Assembly (NCBI RefSeq): GCF_009914755.1
Contig: NC_060931.1
Direction: 5' to 3' (one strand)
Length of the DNA: 64,000 nucleotides
Origin: the human T2T-CHM13v2.0 reference genome, Homo sapiens
This document shows, piece by piece, positions 18,436 through 32,808 of the stretch. The notes below the pieces were generated by a model. It saw nothing but the letters and a program-made list of their open reading frames with translations, had not been told where the DNA came from and searched no databases. How positions within the stretch are numbered: the first letter of the stretch is position 1; each line of letters opens with the position of its first letter. The translations under genes were made by a program, and so were the position numbers.

Positions 18436-18519
18436 ATAAACAGAAGTAATATTTTTTAATTTTGTAGGTAATTTTTTTTAATTTTAAGGGTATTTAAAAT
18501 GCTGATACTAAACTATCTA

Positions 18520-18660
18520 GACTAGTGATTCTAGAAATGGGCAACTTTAAAAATATACACATTGCCATGCTCCACTCTTGACCGCTTAATTTAGAATCTC
18601 TGGGCTCAAGGTTCAGGCACACATGATTCCAACTGTAGCCAGGCTCGAAAACTACTAGTC
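18520..18660. mobile_element. hAT MITE (MER5-like), degraded
   Basis: aatttagaatctctggg..tgattccaactgtagccaggctcgaaaactacta. Confidence 0.5.
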
Positions 18661-19043
18661 TGAACAGACGAACTGCTATATATCCCCCTATGAGTAGGAC
18701 ATATTTCATGCTTCCTCTAAGTAACAACTTCCATTCCTGTCACAACCATCACTATCAGCAAGCTGTTTTATTCCTTCTTTCCCCAACCAAAGACCCTTTG
18801 GTAAGGATTAAACTTTATCCTCTTGGCCTGGCAGTGGATTATCTTCCAGTCCCCTTTGATTTTTCACTTTCCTTGGTAGATGCATATCACATGCATATCT
18901 AAGTTGCAACAACAACAACAAAAACAGGCAGAAAGAATAATTTTTCACTGAAGTAGGATTCTCCCATGAGCCAAAAAGGACACCATATGAAATGATGCAA
19001 TTCCCGAGTTGTCTTTGGTAAAGTCATTTACAAACTGAACAGG

Positions 19044-19257
19044 CAGAGCTTCTCAACCTTAGCACTACTGCACTACTGGACATTTATTTAAATTGGATCA
19101 TTCTTTGCTGTAGGGGGGCTTTCCTGTGCATTGTAGAATACTTAGCAGCACCCGCAGCACCACTAGATGCTAGGTATGACAACAAAAAAATGTCTCCAGA
19201 TATTATCAAATGTCCCCTGGGAGCATAGGTAAAATCACAGCTGATTCAGAAACCCTG
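19044..19257 (+). mobile_element. MER20 hAT DNA transposon
   Basis: ttctcaaccttagcactactg..tcctgtgcattgtagaat..aaatgtctccagatatt..aaatgtcccctggg. Confidence 0.85.
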
Positions 19258-19386
19258 GTATATAGGTTTGTAAGAACTCAGCCCATATCAAAATTTCAAT
19301 ATTTACACAGAACATCGTGCTTACCATACTGAATACATATGCATTTTGACACTTACACTATGATAAATGTTTCAAATTTGGCTCAT

Positions 19387-19505
19387 GTCTAGGAGTTTAA
19401 TTTTCTATAATATCCCCTAATGCCAACTAGTATTTTCTATTGAAGTCTAGGAGTTTAATTATATATAATATTCCCTAATGCCAACTAGTATTATCTATTG
19501 AAGTC
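19387..19505 (+). repeat. Tandem duplication, 2 x 58 bp
   Basis: gtctaggagtttaatt..cctaatgccaactagtatt..ctattgaa repeated with about 4 mismatches. Confidence 0.9.
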
Positions 19506-20954
19506 AATTTGTATGGAACAATCATAACAAGCTTCCTGCATTGCTTTGGGCAAAAGAGAAAAGAAAGATTTGACAAACACACACTCTGCAGTAGATATCT
19601 ATATAAATGGTCCTCACAGGCTCAAGCTAAGTATTGGCTTTAGAAAGTTGTCTTGTCTGACTCACATTTTCTGTGAATTTACTGTGTTGACTAACACAGC
19701 CCTTAGGCTTGGGCAAGTCAAAATGTGCAGTGTTTTTGTTTAAAAGGTCTTTCCTGGAAGTGAACAAAATATTGTTACAGGAGATCCAGTGTGGATAATC
19801 GGGAGGGGACAAAAATATAAGGTATAAACATGAAAGTTCAAAGCCAAAACTGTAACAAAAAAGCCAAGAACTTCCTAACAGAGCAAAAGAGACTGAATCA
19901 ACTCATCAAAAAATTAGGTATTTTAGAGTAGAGTCATATGCTTTATGAGTTTATTTTTCCCTTTGCTGGGAAGACATGAACAAAACATCCAATTTCAGGA
20001 ACTTCACTACTTTGTTTTTGCAAACAAAGGCAGGTTAAAGGTATAGTCAAAAGTGAAAAGTAAATCATGGAAAATGAACATTTTAAATTCCTTTGGAATT
20101 ACAAAGCACAGTCCCCTTACTAACAGCAGGAAAATAATGGCCCATCATTACAATTTTGCCCCAGTAAACATACACTATTTGGATTACATTCTGGATAAGT
20201 AGCAACAAGGAATACCATTTTGACACAGCTAGGGCTCTTGTAAGTCATTCTCTGCCTTTCTGTAAATATTCCATTTTTGTATAGTGCTAAAGAAATCACA
20301 TTTTCATTTTTCTGTAGTTCATTATGGCTCATTGCTGTAGCAACTGCCAAACCAGTCAATTTGTGTAAATAATAGAACAAGCTTCTATTGTCTCTCATCT
20401 GACACAGTGCCAACTAGTTGGTCTACCTATTTCAATATGGAAATCATGTTTTTAAACTCTTTATATAATTTAAATATCCCTGGAGTTATATGCAGTAAAT
20501 TATTTTGGAACACTGAACTGAGTGTATGTACTCAAGCACTTATCCCTTTAAATTAGGTCATACAGAATACTGATTTCCATATTACCATTACATAAAGAAG
20601 AAACACTATGTGAGTATTTGGAAACGCAAATGAGTTTGTTATTTTTCTGATATTTTAAAACAATAGCAATTTTGTGACCTTAGTTCTTCTTAATTACTCA
20701 TCTCCCAGCACATCAATTAATGTTTGCCTAATTCAAATTTCTGGAATCTATCATCATTCCCAGAGATGAAAAACATCTGTACTTCTTGTTTTGCAATTTT
20801 AATTTGTGGTTTGGATTTTGTCTTTCAGTATCATTTGTTGTAGTGAGAAGAATAGAAATAATCTTCTTTCCCTGGATACAATTCATAGCATCCAAAATTT
20901 ACCAAAGAGAGAAATAGTCAAGAAACTTAGAGTCTGTAGAAAGTAAATGGATAC

Positions 20955-21290
<336 letters not shown>

Positions 21291-21445
21291 AAAGTAAGGA
21301 TACATAACTATGGAACCATCCTTATATACTTCTGTGGTAAGACCTGCCTGCCTAAAATTTCTTACTTAGAGATTTATTCTTTAGAATATTAATTGATCTC
21401 TCCGTAAGTTCCTTTTACTCCTTTAAATGTTTTATTTGGGAATCA

Positions 21446-21774
21446 TTTTATTTTATTTATTTCATTTTTTTGAGACAGAGCATCGCTCTTGTCACCCAGG
21501 CTGGAGTGCAATGGTGCTATCTTGGCTCACCGCAACCTCTGCCTCAGGTTCGACCTGCCTCTGCAGGTTCAAGTGATTCTCCTGCCTCAGCCTCCCGAGT
21601 AGCTGGGATTACAGGCACCCACCACCATGCCCAGCTGATTTTTGTATTATTTTTAGTAGAGATGGGGTTTCACCATGTTGGCTAGGCGGTCTCGAACTCC
21701 CAACCTCAGGTGATCCACCTGGCTTGGCCTCCCAAAGTAGTGGGATTACAGGTGTGAGTCACTGTGCCTGGCCA
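21446..21774 (-). mobile_element. Alu (AluSq/Sp-like)
   Basis: cgctcttgtcacccagg; TSD ggaatcatttta; short internal duplication near 21540-21570. Confidence 0.9.
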
Positions 21775-21779
21775 GGAAT

Positions 21780-22005
21780 CATTTTAGACTGATGGAAAAG
21801 TTGCTAAGATTAGAACAATGCCAAGATAGAACAAGAGAGTTCACAAATGCTTTTCACCCAACTTTCCCTACTGTTAACTTCTTACATAACCGTGGTTCAT
21901 TTGTCCTTAAGAAATTAACATTCCGATTTTACTAGTTTTTTTATTTTTCTGATAATATCCTTTATCCCTCCAATATCCAGTCCAAGATACCATATCGCAG
22001 TTAGT
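21780..22005 (-). mobile_element. Old L1 3'UTR fragment (L1MC-like)
   Basis: ttttagact..gaaaagttgc..ttcacccaactttcccta..aagaaattaacatt..ccagtccaagatacca. Confidence 0.55.
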
Positions 22006-22614
22006 GAGACCCCTTTTGTAAATACAAAAATTTCCAGGCAGTGTAATTTATTAAATTACCAACCAACCCTATTATGAACTCATTTATTACATCAATTTTC
22101 TTCTGGAAGGAGAGATAAGGGCAGCATGAAAATCCGGGGCATGTGGTGTATATAAAGGAATTGTGAAGGGAAAGAAATGCTGCCAAGAAAGGAGGTAACA
22201 AATCAAAGCCAAAAGACATTCAATTTTGCCTGGGGCTGGCCCTGTGCAGCTATGTGTAATTAGCTTCCTCAATCACTACATCTGACAAAGTCATTTTCAT
22301 TTGAGAGAAAACAACAAATCATTAATTATGGCAATAAGTCACGGATTAAAATATTTTTGTGTGGATTCTACATGCACTGTGATTTGTGCCTTTGGTCAGC
22401 CATCATTTTGCTTCTTTAGGCTTTCCCTGCTCCGTACTCTTGGGAGTTAGTTCCATGTGAAGACATCTCTGACTGCCCAGCCCTGGACAGTACTACTCAC
22501 TGCCTTTGCCAAATAAATTCTGGAGCAGTTATGTTACTGAATATACCTCATTGTGAGCCTTTACCAGCTACAGTCTTCTTCTGATAGCAATTTGAAAACA
22601 AATATGTATTTTAA

Positions 22615-22830
22615 GGAGAAAGGTATTGTGATTAAGAACATGAGCTCTGCAGTCAAATCTAGGTTCAAATCTTAGCTACAATACTCCATAGTATTAAGAT
22701 CTTTGGCAAATTAAGTAATGTCTCTAAGCCTCCATTTATTTATCTGTAAAACACTGGCAATAATGAGGCCTACCTGTTATCGTTGGGAAGACTCAATGAG
22801 CTAATGCCCATGAATATCTGCCTGGCAGGT
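22615..22830 (+). mobile_element. MIR SINE
   Basis: gtgattaagaacatgagctctg..aggttcaaatcttagct..tctctaagcctc..atctgtaaaa. Confidence 0.75.
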
Positions 22831-23869
22831 AATCATGCCTGTCACTCAAAAGGTGAAGCTAAACCAGTTATAAGGCCAGGAAGAAGAATATAGCGGTTTG
22901 GCCTGTTACCCAGTAAGGTTTAGAATTTATCTGACTTCTCAGATATAGGATCTTAGGGGCCAGTCATCATTCCTGAGCACCCATGTTGTTCTCTATAAAT
23001 CTCCTCTGCCAGGCAGACCCAGGACCCCTTTCCCATGAGGACATCTCTAGGGCATTGCTTTGCCCGCTTCCATGCTATCTCAGTGTTTAGGGCTTCTATC
23101 TAGGTGCATACCTCCTTAGAAGTAGGTTATAATGCCAGGCTCTATTTTAGGTACAGGAGATAAAGCAACGAACAAATGTTTTTGTGTTCTCAAGTTTATA
23201 CCATGGTCACCCACAGCTAGAGCTTTAGCTCCAAACCAGCCTTCCTCCCGCTTCTGTGTTAGCTACCAAAATTTTCTGTCACTGGGCTCCAACCAAGGGA
23301 AACCCAAGTATCAGTGACCCTCGGTCTTTGCCCAGGGCCTATAGCCATTCCCTCATGTAGCATCAGTTTCTCAAGCACTGGTTTCAGACCTACCCCCTCT
23401 TTTCTTTTTGCTTCTCACATGTCTTGGGTTGCCATGAGAGCCACACCTAGTAACAAAATTGCAATTTACAGTAAGAATATCCATGAAGTTACAACCTTAC
23501 TAGTAATATTGAATTGAAATGGTGCCAAAATTATCTATATTAAGTAACTAATTTAGAGATTCCAATACTTTGTACTTCCAGGTCTCTTCAATCTTGAGTA
23601 GGAAACACACAGGAAATCACACAGCTATGATAAAGATGGTCTCAAATAATGCATTATCTACCCCTAGTCTGCATTTTTATATGACTAGGTCTAGTTACAT
23701 AGGATGCTACTACAATTAGAACCATGGCAAAGTGATACTGCTCAAAAATGGTGCCCCTGTGGGAAGAGAGCAGTGCTTCTGTAATTCATGTTACTCTCTT
23801 ATCAGTATTCTTCTGTCACCTCTCACACTTACAGCCCAGTTCATGCTTTCAGTTCCTCTAACCTAACCA

Positions 23870-24120
23870 TCTCCTACCTCAGAACATTTGCACATGCTGT
23901 CCAATTATGTCTGGGGGAATCCTCTTTCCTGGCCAATTCCAAGTTATCCCTTAGTCATCCCAAGATGTGGTATCATCTTAAACGTCTTCCTCAGAGAGGC
24001 CTTTCCCAAACTAAACTAAATTCCCCAACTAAATCAAATTTCTTATTCCAGCTGCTCACTGTAACTTTGACTCTTCTTTCATGGCATTTGTCACAGTTAT
24101 AATTAAGCGTTCTATTTGTG
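23870..24120 (+). mobile_element. L2 fragment (continues at about 26295-26430 beyond the nested MIR and L1)
   Basis: tttgcacatgctgt..cctcagagaggcctttcc; resumes as gtgagggcagggac..ggcacatag. Confidence 0.65.
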
Positions 24121-24277
24121 TATAGCAGAGTGGTGAAGAGCATAGGCCCTGGAATCTGAGTCTGAATCTGATTTCAGTACTTACTGAGGCAAAGCACATT
24201 AATAAGTGACTTAACCTCTCTGTGCCCCACTAATGATAGTACCCACCTCATAGGGTAATGGTGAAGGTTTAAAGAAT
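24121..24277 (+). mobile_element. MIR SINE interrupted by L1 (remainder about 26106-26240)
   Basis: tatagcagagtggtgaagagcataggccctggaatc..ttaacctctctgtgcc..cctcatagggt. Confidence 0.75.
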
Positions 24278-26105
<1,828 letters not shown>

Positions 26106-29100
26106 AAGTGACAACCTCTCTGTGCCCCACTAATGATAGTACCCACCTCATAGGGTAATGGTGAAGGTTTAAAGAATTTATCCACACAAAACACTTATCC
26201 TGGCACATAGTAAGTTCTCAGTATGTGTTAGCCACAATAATAATTTTGATTTAATATAGTAGTAATTAGTAGTACTAGCAGTAGCAGTAGTAGTAATACA
26301 AGTTCTGTGAGGGCAGGGACAACTTCTACTTGTTTACTAATGCACTGGTACGTATTTACATATTTCTGGGGCTTGGCATAATTCGTGGCACATAGTTAAG
26401 TGTCAGTATATATTTCTTGAATTACTGAATTAATGAGAAACAAAATAAATACAAACCAGGTTTCCTCTTGGTCAGAAGGTTGTTTGAACATGAAAATAAG
26501 AGAACGAAAGTAAGAGCAAGATGAAAGATCAGTAAGTTTCACAAATTCAGGAGAAAATAAATTAAACAATCTTATAGCCCTCAAAATTTAGTCACAGGGT
26601 CTTGCAAAACTTTTTAGAGGGAAAAAGAAAAATGATCAAGTGCTAAAGTTTATCATTTTCAATGCCAAAGTAGAATTAAGACATGACTAAATAAATCAAA
26701 GTCAACTGATATTTGCTTCATATGATGTAATATGTATGTTACTGAAAAGGTGTATTAGGACATTTAAATATTAAGTACACAGTTAAAAGGATTATTACTG
26801 TAAAACAAATCACAATGCCCTAATTGGCCTTTTTTGGTGGACTTGGGTTTTTATATATTAGATTTACTCGTAGACCAAGATTCACCAGAATTTAAATTAA
26901 TTTAAACATAAAAGTGCTGTAGAAGTCACACAAATTCAAGATACCCAAATGTGAAATTTTGAGAAGCATCTTGTTTAGTAGCAAAAGATAATATTAGCAC
27001 TGTGCATTAAATCCCTAAGAAAATAAACTAGACTTCTAAGTACCAATAAAATTGCAAGTCTCCTTATGAAATCAGAGTACGGGCTTCATTTAAAGGCACA
27101 GATTGGCTTTAGGGATAGATATATAACTACATCTGAAATATCCAAGAAGGGATTTAAAAAGTGTTCCTTTCACATAAAATGTAGATATAAGAATTCCTGC
27201 AATGCTTGTATTACTGGCTGAAACAAAAACAAAACCTCCTAATCACCACCATCACAATATAAAACTGCTTTAAGAATGCCAGCAACTTTTTCACATGAAG
27301 TAAATCAACAGCATTTGTTTTACAAAGTAATATAACACCGTAATATTATTTTCATTTCTCCAATCAATATGTAGGATGAACATTCCCAGGCCCTATTTCA
27401 AAGTGAATTTACATTTGGGTCAAAATAGAATCACCCACATAGATACATGAAAGCCACAGTGTTGAGTCTGTTTTGTGGGCCAAGAATAAGCTCCTTTCTT
27501 CCCCTAAAACCCTGTCCAGCTTAATGATTGCAAGACTAAAATACTCCACCTTTACTCCTACTCAAACTTACTTTATAAATGCATTTACGATTGCTGCGTC
27601 TTCACTTGCCATTTCACTAAAGACATTAATCTTTTGTTCACACTAATGTACTCACAGTGATGATGATTAAAACACCTTTATATATTTAGTAATTTTAAAT
27701 ACATCTTAACTCTTAATTCATTGACTTTGCTTAATGCTTCTTTATATGCTAGATATCTTTAATATACTCAGTGTTCTTTCCTTATATAATAAACTTTAAG
27801 AAGTCAGAGATTGGACAATTAGCACAGTATTCAATAAAAGACACCTGGCTGGAGTGATGATAATTGCAAATTATGACACTAACTCCATGACTACCTGGTT
27901 GTCCAATGGTTGATTAAATAAATACTCTTTGGCACTTTCTAAGACTTTATGTTATACTCTATGGGGGATAAATACCCAGTAAACCTTGTTATCAAGTTGC
28001 TTAGAGATTGAAATTATATACTCAGCTTCTAAGGGTAGAAGGAACTTAGAGGCTTATACAGTTTTTCAGGCACTCCTGCAAATTATAATGGGTAAAGATC
28101 ATTATAAGACTCTTGATGACAACCTTGACTACCACATTTCCAGGATAACAGCAACTGGCAAGGTTACAGCTCTTAGGAGTCTGTCATTTTTCTTCTGCTC
28201 CTCTCCTAGCAACAGATGCAGTTACAGGAAATGCTTTAGAAACTGGGGTTCACTAGATATTTTTAAAGGTGGAAATTTTTATAAAGGGTGGAAAATGCAC
28301 CTAAAAATATCTCAAGGCCATAAAAACCACTGAGAATCTTTGAGTTCTGTGTTTAAGATCTTCAAATGACGTGTCATTGGAAAGAAAATCTCCATCATGT
28401 AATTAGCTTCACCTTCAGTACTGCTCAGAGAGACAGAGTCTTTATCACATCTAGGCATTTCCTCATCTTGCAGAGGGAAAAAATTCCTACCATTGCAATA
28501 TTTTTAAATTATTCATATCTTTAATCTTTCTGTCTTGCATTTGTTTATGGAAAATTTTTAAAAAGTTGATTCAGTTTGGGGTTAAAAGTAAGGTTATTTC
28601 AAGTACATATAAGAATTATTCTAAATTATGTCTAACATACCTGCATGATTGATAACAAAGCCAAAATATTAATGAGGATAAATCCCAAATGTTGTCTGAA
28701 GTTGCTGGAAATTTTTTCTATTTCAAATAAAACGGCACTAAATAGTGGTATGAAGAGAAACCCATCATTTATGCTCTGAATGTCTGACAAATTCGGAATA
28801 ATGCCTGTTATACTATGCAGGTTCACAGCCTGTCAGGTAAGCATTTCTTACTGTGTGGCAGCGACAATGCATATATTAGCTATGTAAATGGAAAATCTAC
28901 ACACAGCTTCCAGGTTAGAATATGTTTAAAGAAATATGGTCATAAATAATGCGTAGTAACACCAAATCTGATTCTGCACTGGCTGGGTATCCACAAATTA
29001 TTTATAAGGAATAAGAAACAAGATCTTTCAGACAGATCTAATAAACTAATGCATGTTATCACTAAGAAATAATGTAGAAAATAGTAATAGGTTACTTCTT

Positions 29101-29444
29101 GTAACAAATCAAACTCCTTAATCTTAAATATTAGTTGCAAAAATAGGTTAGAAAACAGCGTGCCCACATTATTCAGTGAGGAGTGGCTTTTTGCAATGTA
29201 TTTTCTCTCCATTTTTCTTTTGCTAGATATCACATCCAGCCAGCATAGTTTTAATGATAGTTTTAATGTGGGGAAGTAAACAAATTATCATGGATGAGTA
29301 ACTTGCAATTGTTGCTCATCAGGAGGTCTAGCAGGGACTTGCGTTTCATGAAATAATTTAATATCTAATCGGGTATCTAATATCTATTACATATGCATTA
29401 TATATAATCAGGTATATAATATATATTCCCTCAGGTTGAGTGGA

Positions 29445-29655
29445 AAAAAAAAACAACTCAATGTCAAGAAAACTGGATTCTGCTCTTGATTTTGCCACTA
29501 ACAATCTGGCTGAGTGAACTTGGGTAAATGGTATAACCTGTCTAAGCACCAGATTCTTCATCTGTGAAATGGGAATGATAGCTGCTTGCCTATCTCACAG
29601 GATGCTACTGTGAGTACCAAATAAGGCAACAGATGTGAAAGTGCTTTGTAAACAG
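29445..29655 (+). mobile_element. MIR SINE
   Basis: ctggattct..ttgccactaac..ttgggtaa..cttcatctgtgaaatggg..atgtgaaagtgctttgtaaac. Confidence 0.75.
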
Positions 29656-30643
29656 TAAAAGACAAAATACATGTAGAGAATTAAAATCTAATTTCCCAAA
29701 AGTCTTTCTAACAAACTTTAGATATACGAACGTGCATGTGAAATGAGTACATATGTGTGGCACATCCATGCATAAAATCATATAACTGACAACTATATGT
29801 GTTGCCAACTTTCAGATTTGTAAAACTGTCATTAAAATTTGAACTCTGTTTTCAATGTTCTAGTCCTCTGGTCTAAATACTTAAAACAACATGCCAAAGT
29901 GTGTGTCAGAGACATGAGTGGGTCCACCCCCTCACAAATCCTCCTGAATCCTCCAGCCAATTTCCTTCTAACTGGATTGTAATCTGAAGATTCTTCTCTT
30001 AGACTTGGCCTGGTGCTCACTTAATCTTGGAGATGTGCAAGATTGTTCACATTTTGCTGGGTCACAGGCTCTTTTTACTTATCAAAATGTGCTACAATTG
30101 GTCCCTTAGTCATTTTTAAAATGAAGTATAAGCCAAATTGTTGGCTTTTCCTTAAGGGACATGCAGAATACAGACACAGAGGAGTCTAGAAGAATGCTGA
30201 ATAACAAGGAGGGGCTAGAGAGGACAGTGATTGCCATCCCAAGAGCCTTTCTTAACAGCTATTCCATGGGGAAGGAGCATTGACTCACTATGGTCCATAG
30301 AATTTTTTTTTCACACAAAAGAGAAAATATGTGGAAGAAAACATGAATTTTGAGTTGATAAGTAAGGAGAAGTCAAGCTTTTACAATTGCAAGGAGTTTT
30401 TACCTATCTTGGAAAAAATGCTCTACGCATTGGTAAGGAAAATATAGTATGTATTTTTAGAGAAATCTAAAATAGTCATGCTTAATTTTTCAGGTGACAA
30501 GGGCATAATACTACCATATGTAATCAAGAAGAGAAAAAGAGCCAAACATTTCACTAACGTCTGAGCTAAACACCAGATGACTGTTATATCTATTTATAAT
30601 TATTGGGGAGAGGGACTTCAGCTTAGTCCAGTTGTGAAAATAA

Positions 30644-30994
<351 letters not shown>

Positions 30995-31239
30995 TAAGCA
31001 CTTCTTATGGAAAAATATGATTTATCTCTCCCACATTCTAAGAAAGAAGAAAAACAGTGACTTGAGTAACCATCAAGAGAATCCGAAAAGTGAATTATTA
31101 TCTTTTTAAAAAATCAATTTATCTTCTTCTTGGCCTTAAAATCAAGTACTACTACAACTAAATCCATTAGAGTCAGTATAATCCTTTCAAGATAGATGAA
31201 GCCAGGAAAAGAGCCTCTTCCTTCCTATCCTAATATCCA

Positions 31240-31495
31240 CACTTAATCATTCAACAAGTTCTTCCTGACACCTAGTGTTACAGGCTCCATGCAAGCACTG
31301 GAACTAGGAAGAGGAATAACATACCCCTTCAAGTCAATGGCTTTACAGACTAAGGTAGAGAGACACATGAAATGACAATTACAGTGGAATGTGGTAAGTG
31401 CAATGGCTGCACAGGAAGATCCTAATCTGAATGGGGAGACTGAGAGGAGGTACCGGAGCTGAGCTTTAAATGGCAACTGAGAGTTTGCCAGGCTT
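31240..31495 (-). mobile_element. L2 3' fragment
   Basis: tcattcaacaag..tgacacctag..ttacagtggaatgtggtaagtgc..gagctgag. Confidence 0.55.
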
Positions 31496-31811
31496 TAAAA
31501 ATGTGGATTGAACACAATATTAGTTTCCACTTCTTCCTGAAACCTGCTAGAATACAGTAAAGAATTTTTTAAAAGCATACACCCAAAGAGCCAAGAAGAC
31601 AAGAGAGATGACAACAATATAAAAATGTGAGAAACTGGGAAGCCAACAGATAAGTTGCAACTAACCTAACACACTAAAACACTGAATCCTAAGCCAGCAG
31701 TAGGGTAAGTGGAAAGAGGCTCAGAAATTAGTGGCACTGGATACTTTTTGAAATTAGGATGGAGATGAGACTGAAAACAGACACTATTTGCTGAAAGTCC
31801 ATTCGTGAAGC

Positions 31812-32222
31812 TTTTTGTTGTTATTTTATTTTTCAACTTTTAGTTTAGGTTCAGGGTATACATGTGCAGGTTTGTCACATGGGTAAATTGCATGTCACTG
31901 AGGCTTGGTGTACCAATGATCCCATCACCAAGGTAGTGAGCATAGTCCCGATAGGTAGCCTGCCAATCTAGGCTTCCCTTCCACCCTCCCCTCTCAAGCA
32001 GTCCCCAGTGTCTATTGCTCCCATCTTTGTGCCCATGTGTATTCAGTATTTAGCTCCCACTTGTAAGTGACAACATGTGGTGTTTAGTTTTCTGTTCTGC
32101 ATTAGTTTGCTTAGGATAAGGGCCTCCAGCTGCACCCATGTTGCTGCAAAGGGCATGATTTCATTCTTTTTTATGGCTACGTAGTATTTCATGTGCATAT
32201 GTACCACATTTTCTTTATCCAG
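31812..32222 (-). mobile_element. L1 3' end (L1PA16-like)
   Basis: catgggtaaattgcatgtcactgaggcttggtgtac..gatcccatcacc..gtagtgagcatagt. Confidence 0.85.
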
Positions 32223-32580
32223 TTGAACCAAAGGGCTCCTCTCTGCAATTCTATGCAGCCCCATAACAGGCCCTCATCCCACCAGCAGAAGACTGTAAGT
32301 TTATTCTCCAGAGACACTAGGCACAACTGAGGATGGGATACTCTTCTGAGAACAGAGATAAGCAAAAGTTTAGATGTAAATGAGATCCTCAGCTTTCTTC
32401 CTCCTCTTGGATTTCATAAGGCTGGAAATTAGGTATAAATCCTCCTTCAAGAGGTTGGAAAGTCTGTTTAAAAGATTCTGGCCTAAGAGAAAAATCTGAA
32501 GATACTAAAATATGAGAGTCTCCAGGTAATCAGCCAAGTCAGAGCAACCAACAATAAAGATAACCATCAAAAACCTTTCT

Positions 32581-32808
32581 ATGGACACATGGACACAGGA
32601 AGGGGAACATCACACACTGGGGACTGTTGTGGGGTGTGGGGAGGGGGGAGGGATAGCATTAGGTGATATACCTAATGCTAAATGATGAGTTAATGGGTGC
32701 AGCACACCAACATGGCACATGTATACATATGTAACAAACCTGCATGTTGCGCACGTGTACCCTAAAACTTAAAGTATAATAATAAAAAACAAAACAAAAC
32801 AAAACAAA
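32581..32808 (+). mobile_element. Short L1 3' end (L1PA4-like), TSD aaaaacctttct (32569-32580 / 32809-32820)
   Basis: ggacacaggaaggggaacatc..cctaatgctaaatgatgag..ccctaaaacttaaagtataat plus (CAAAA)n. Confidence 0.9.
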
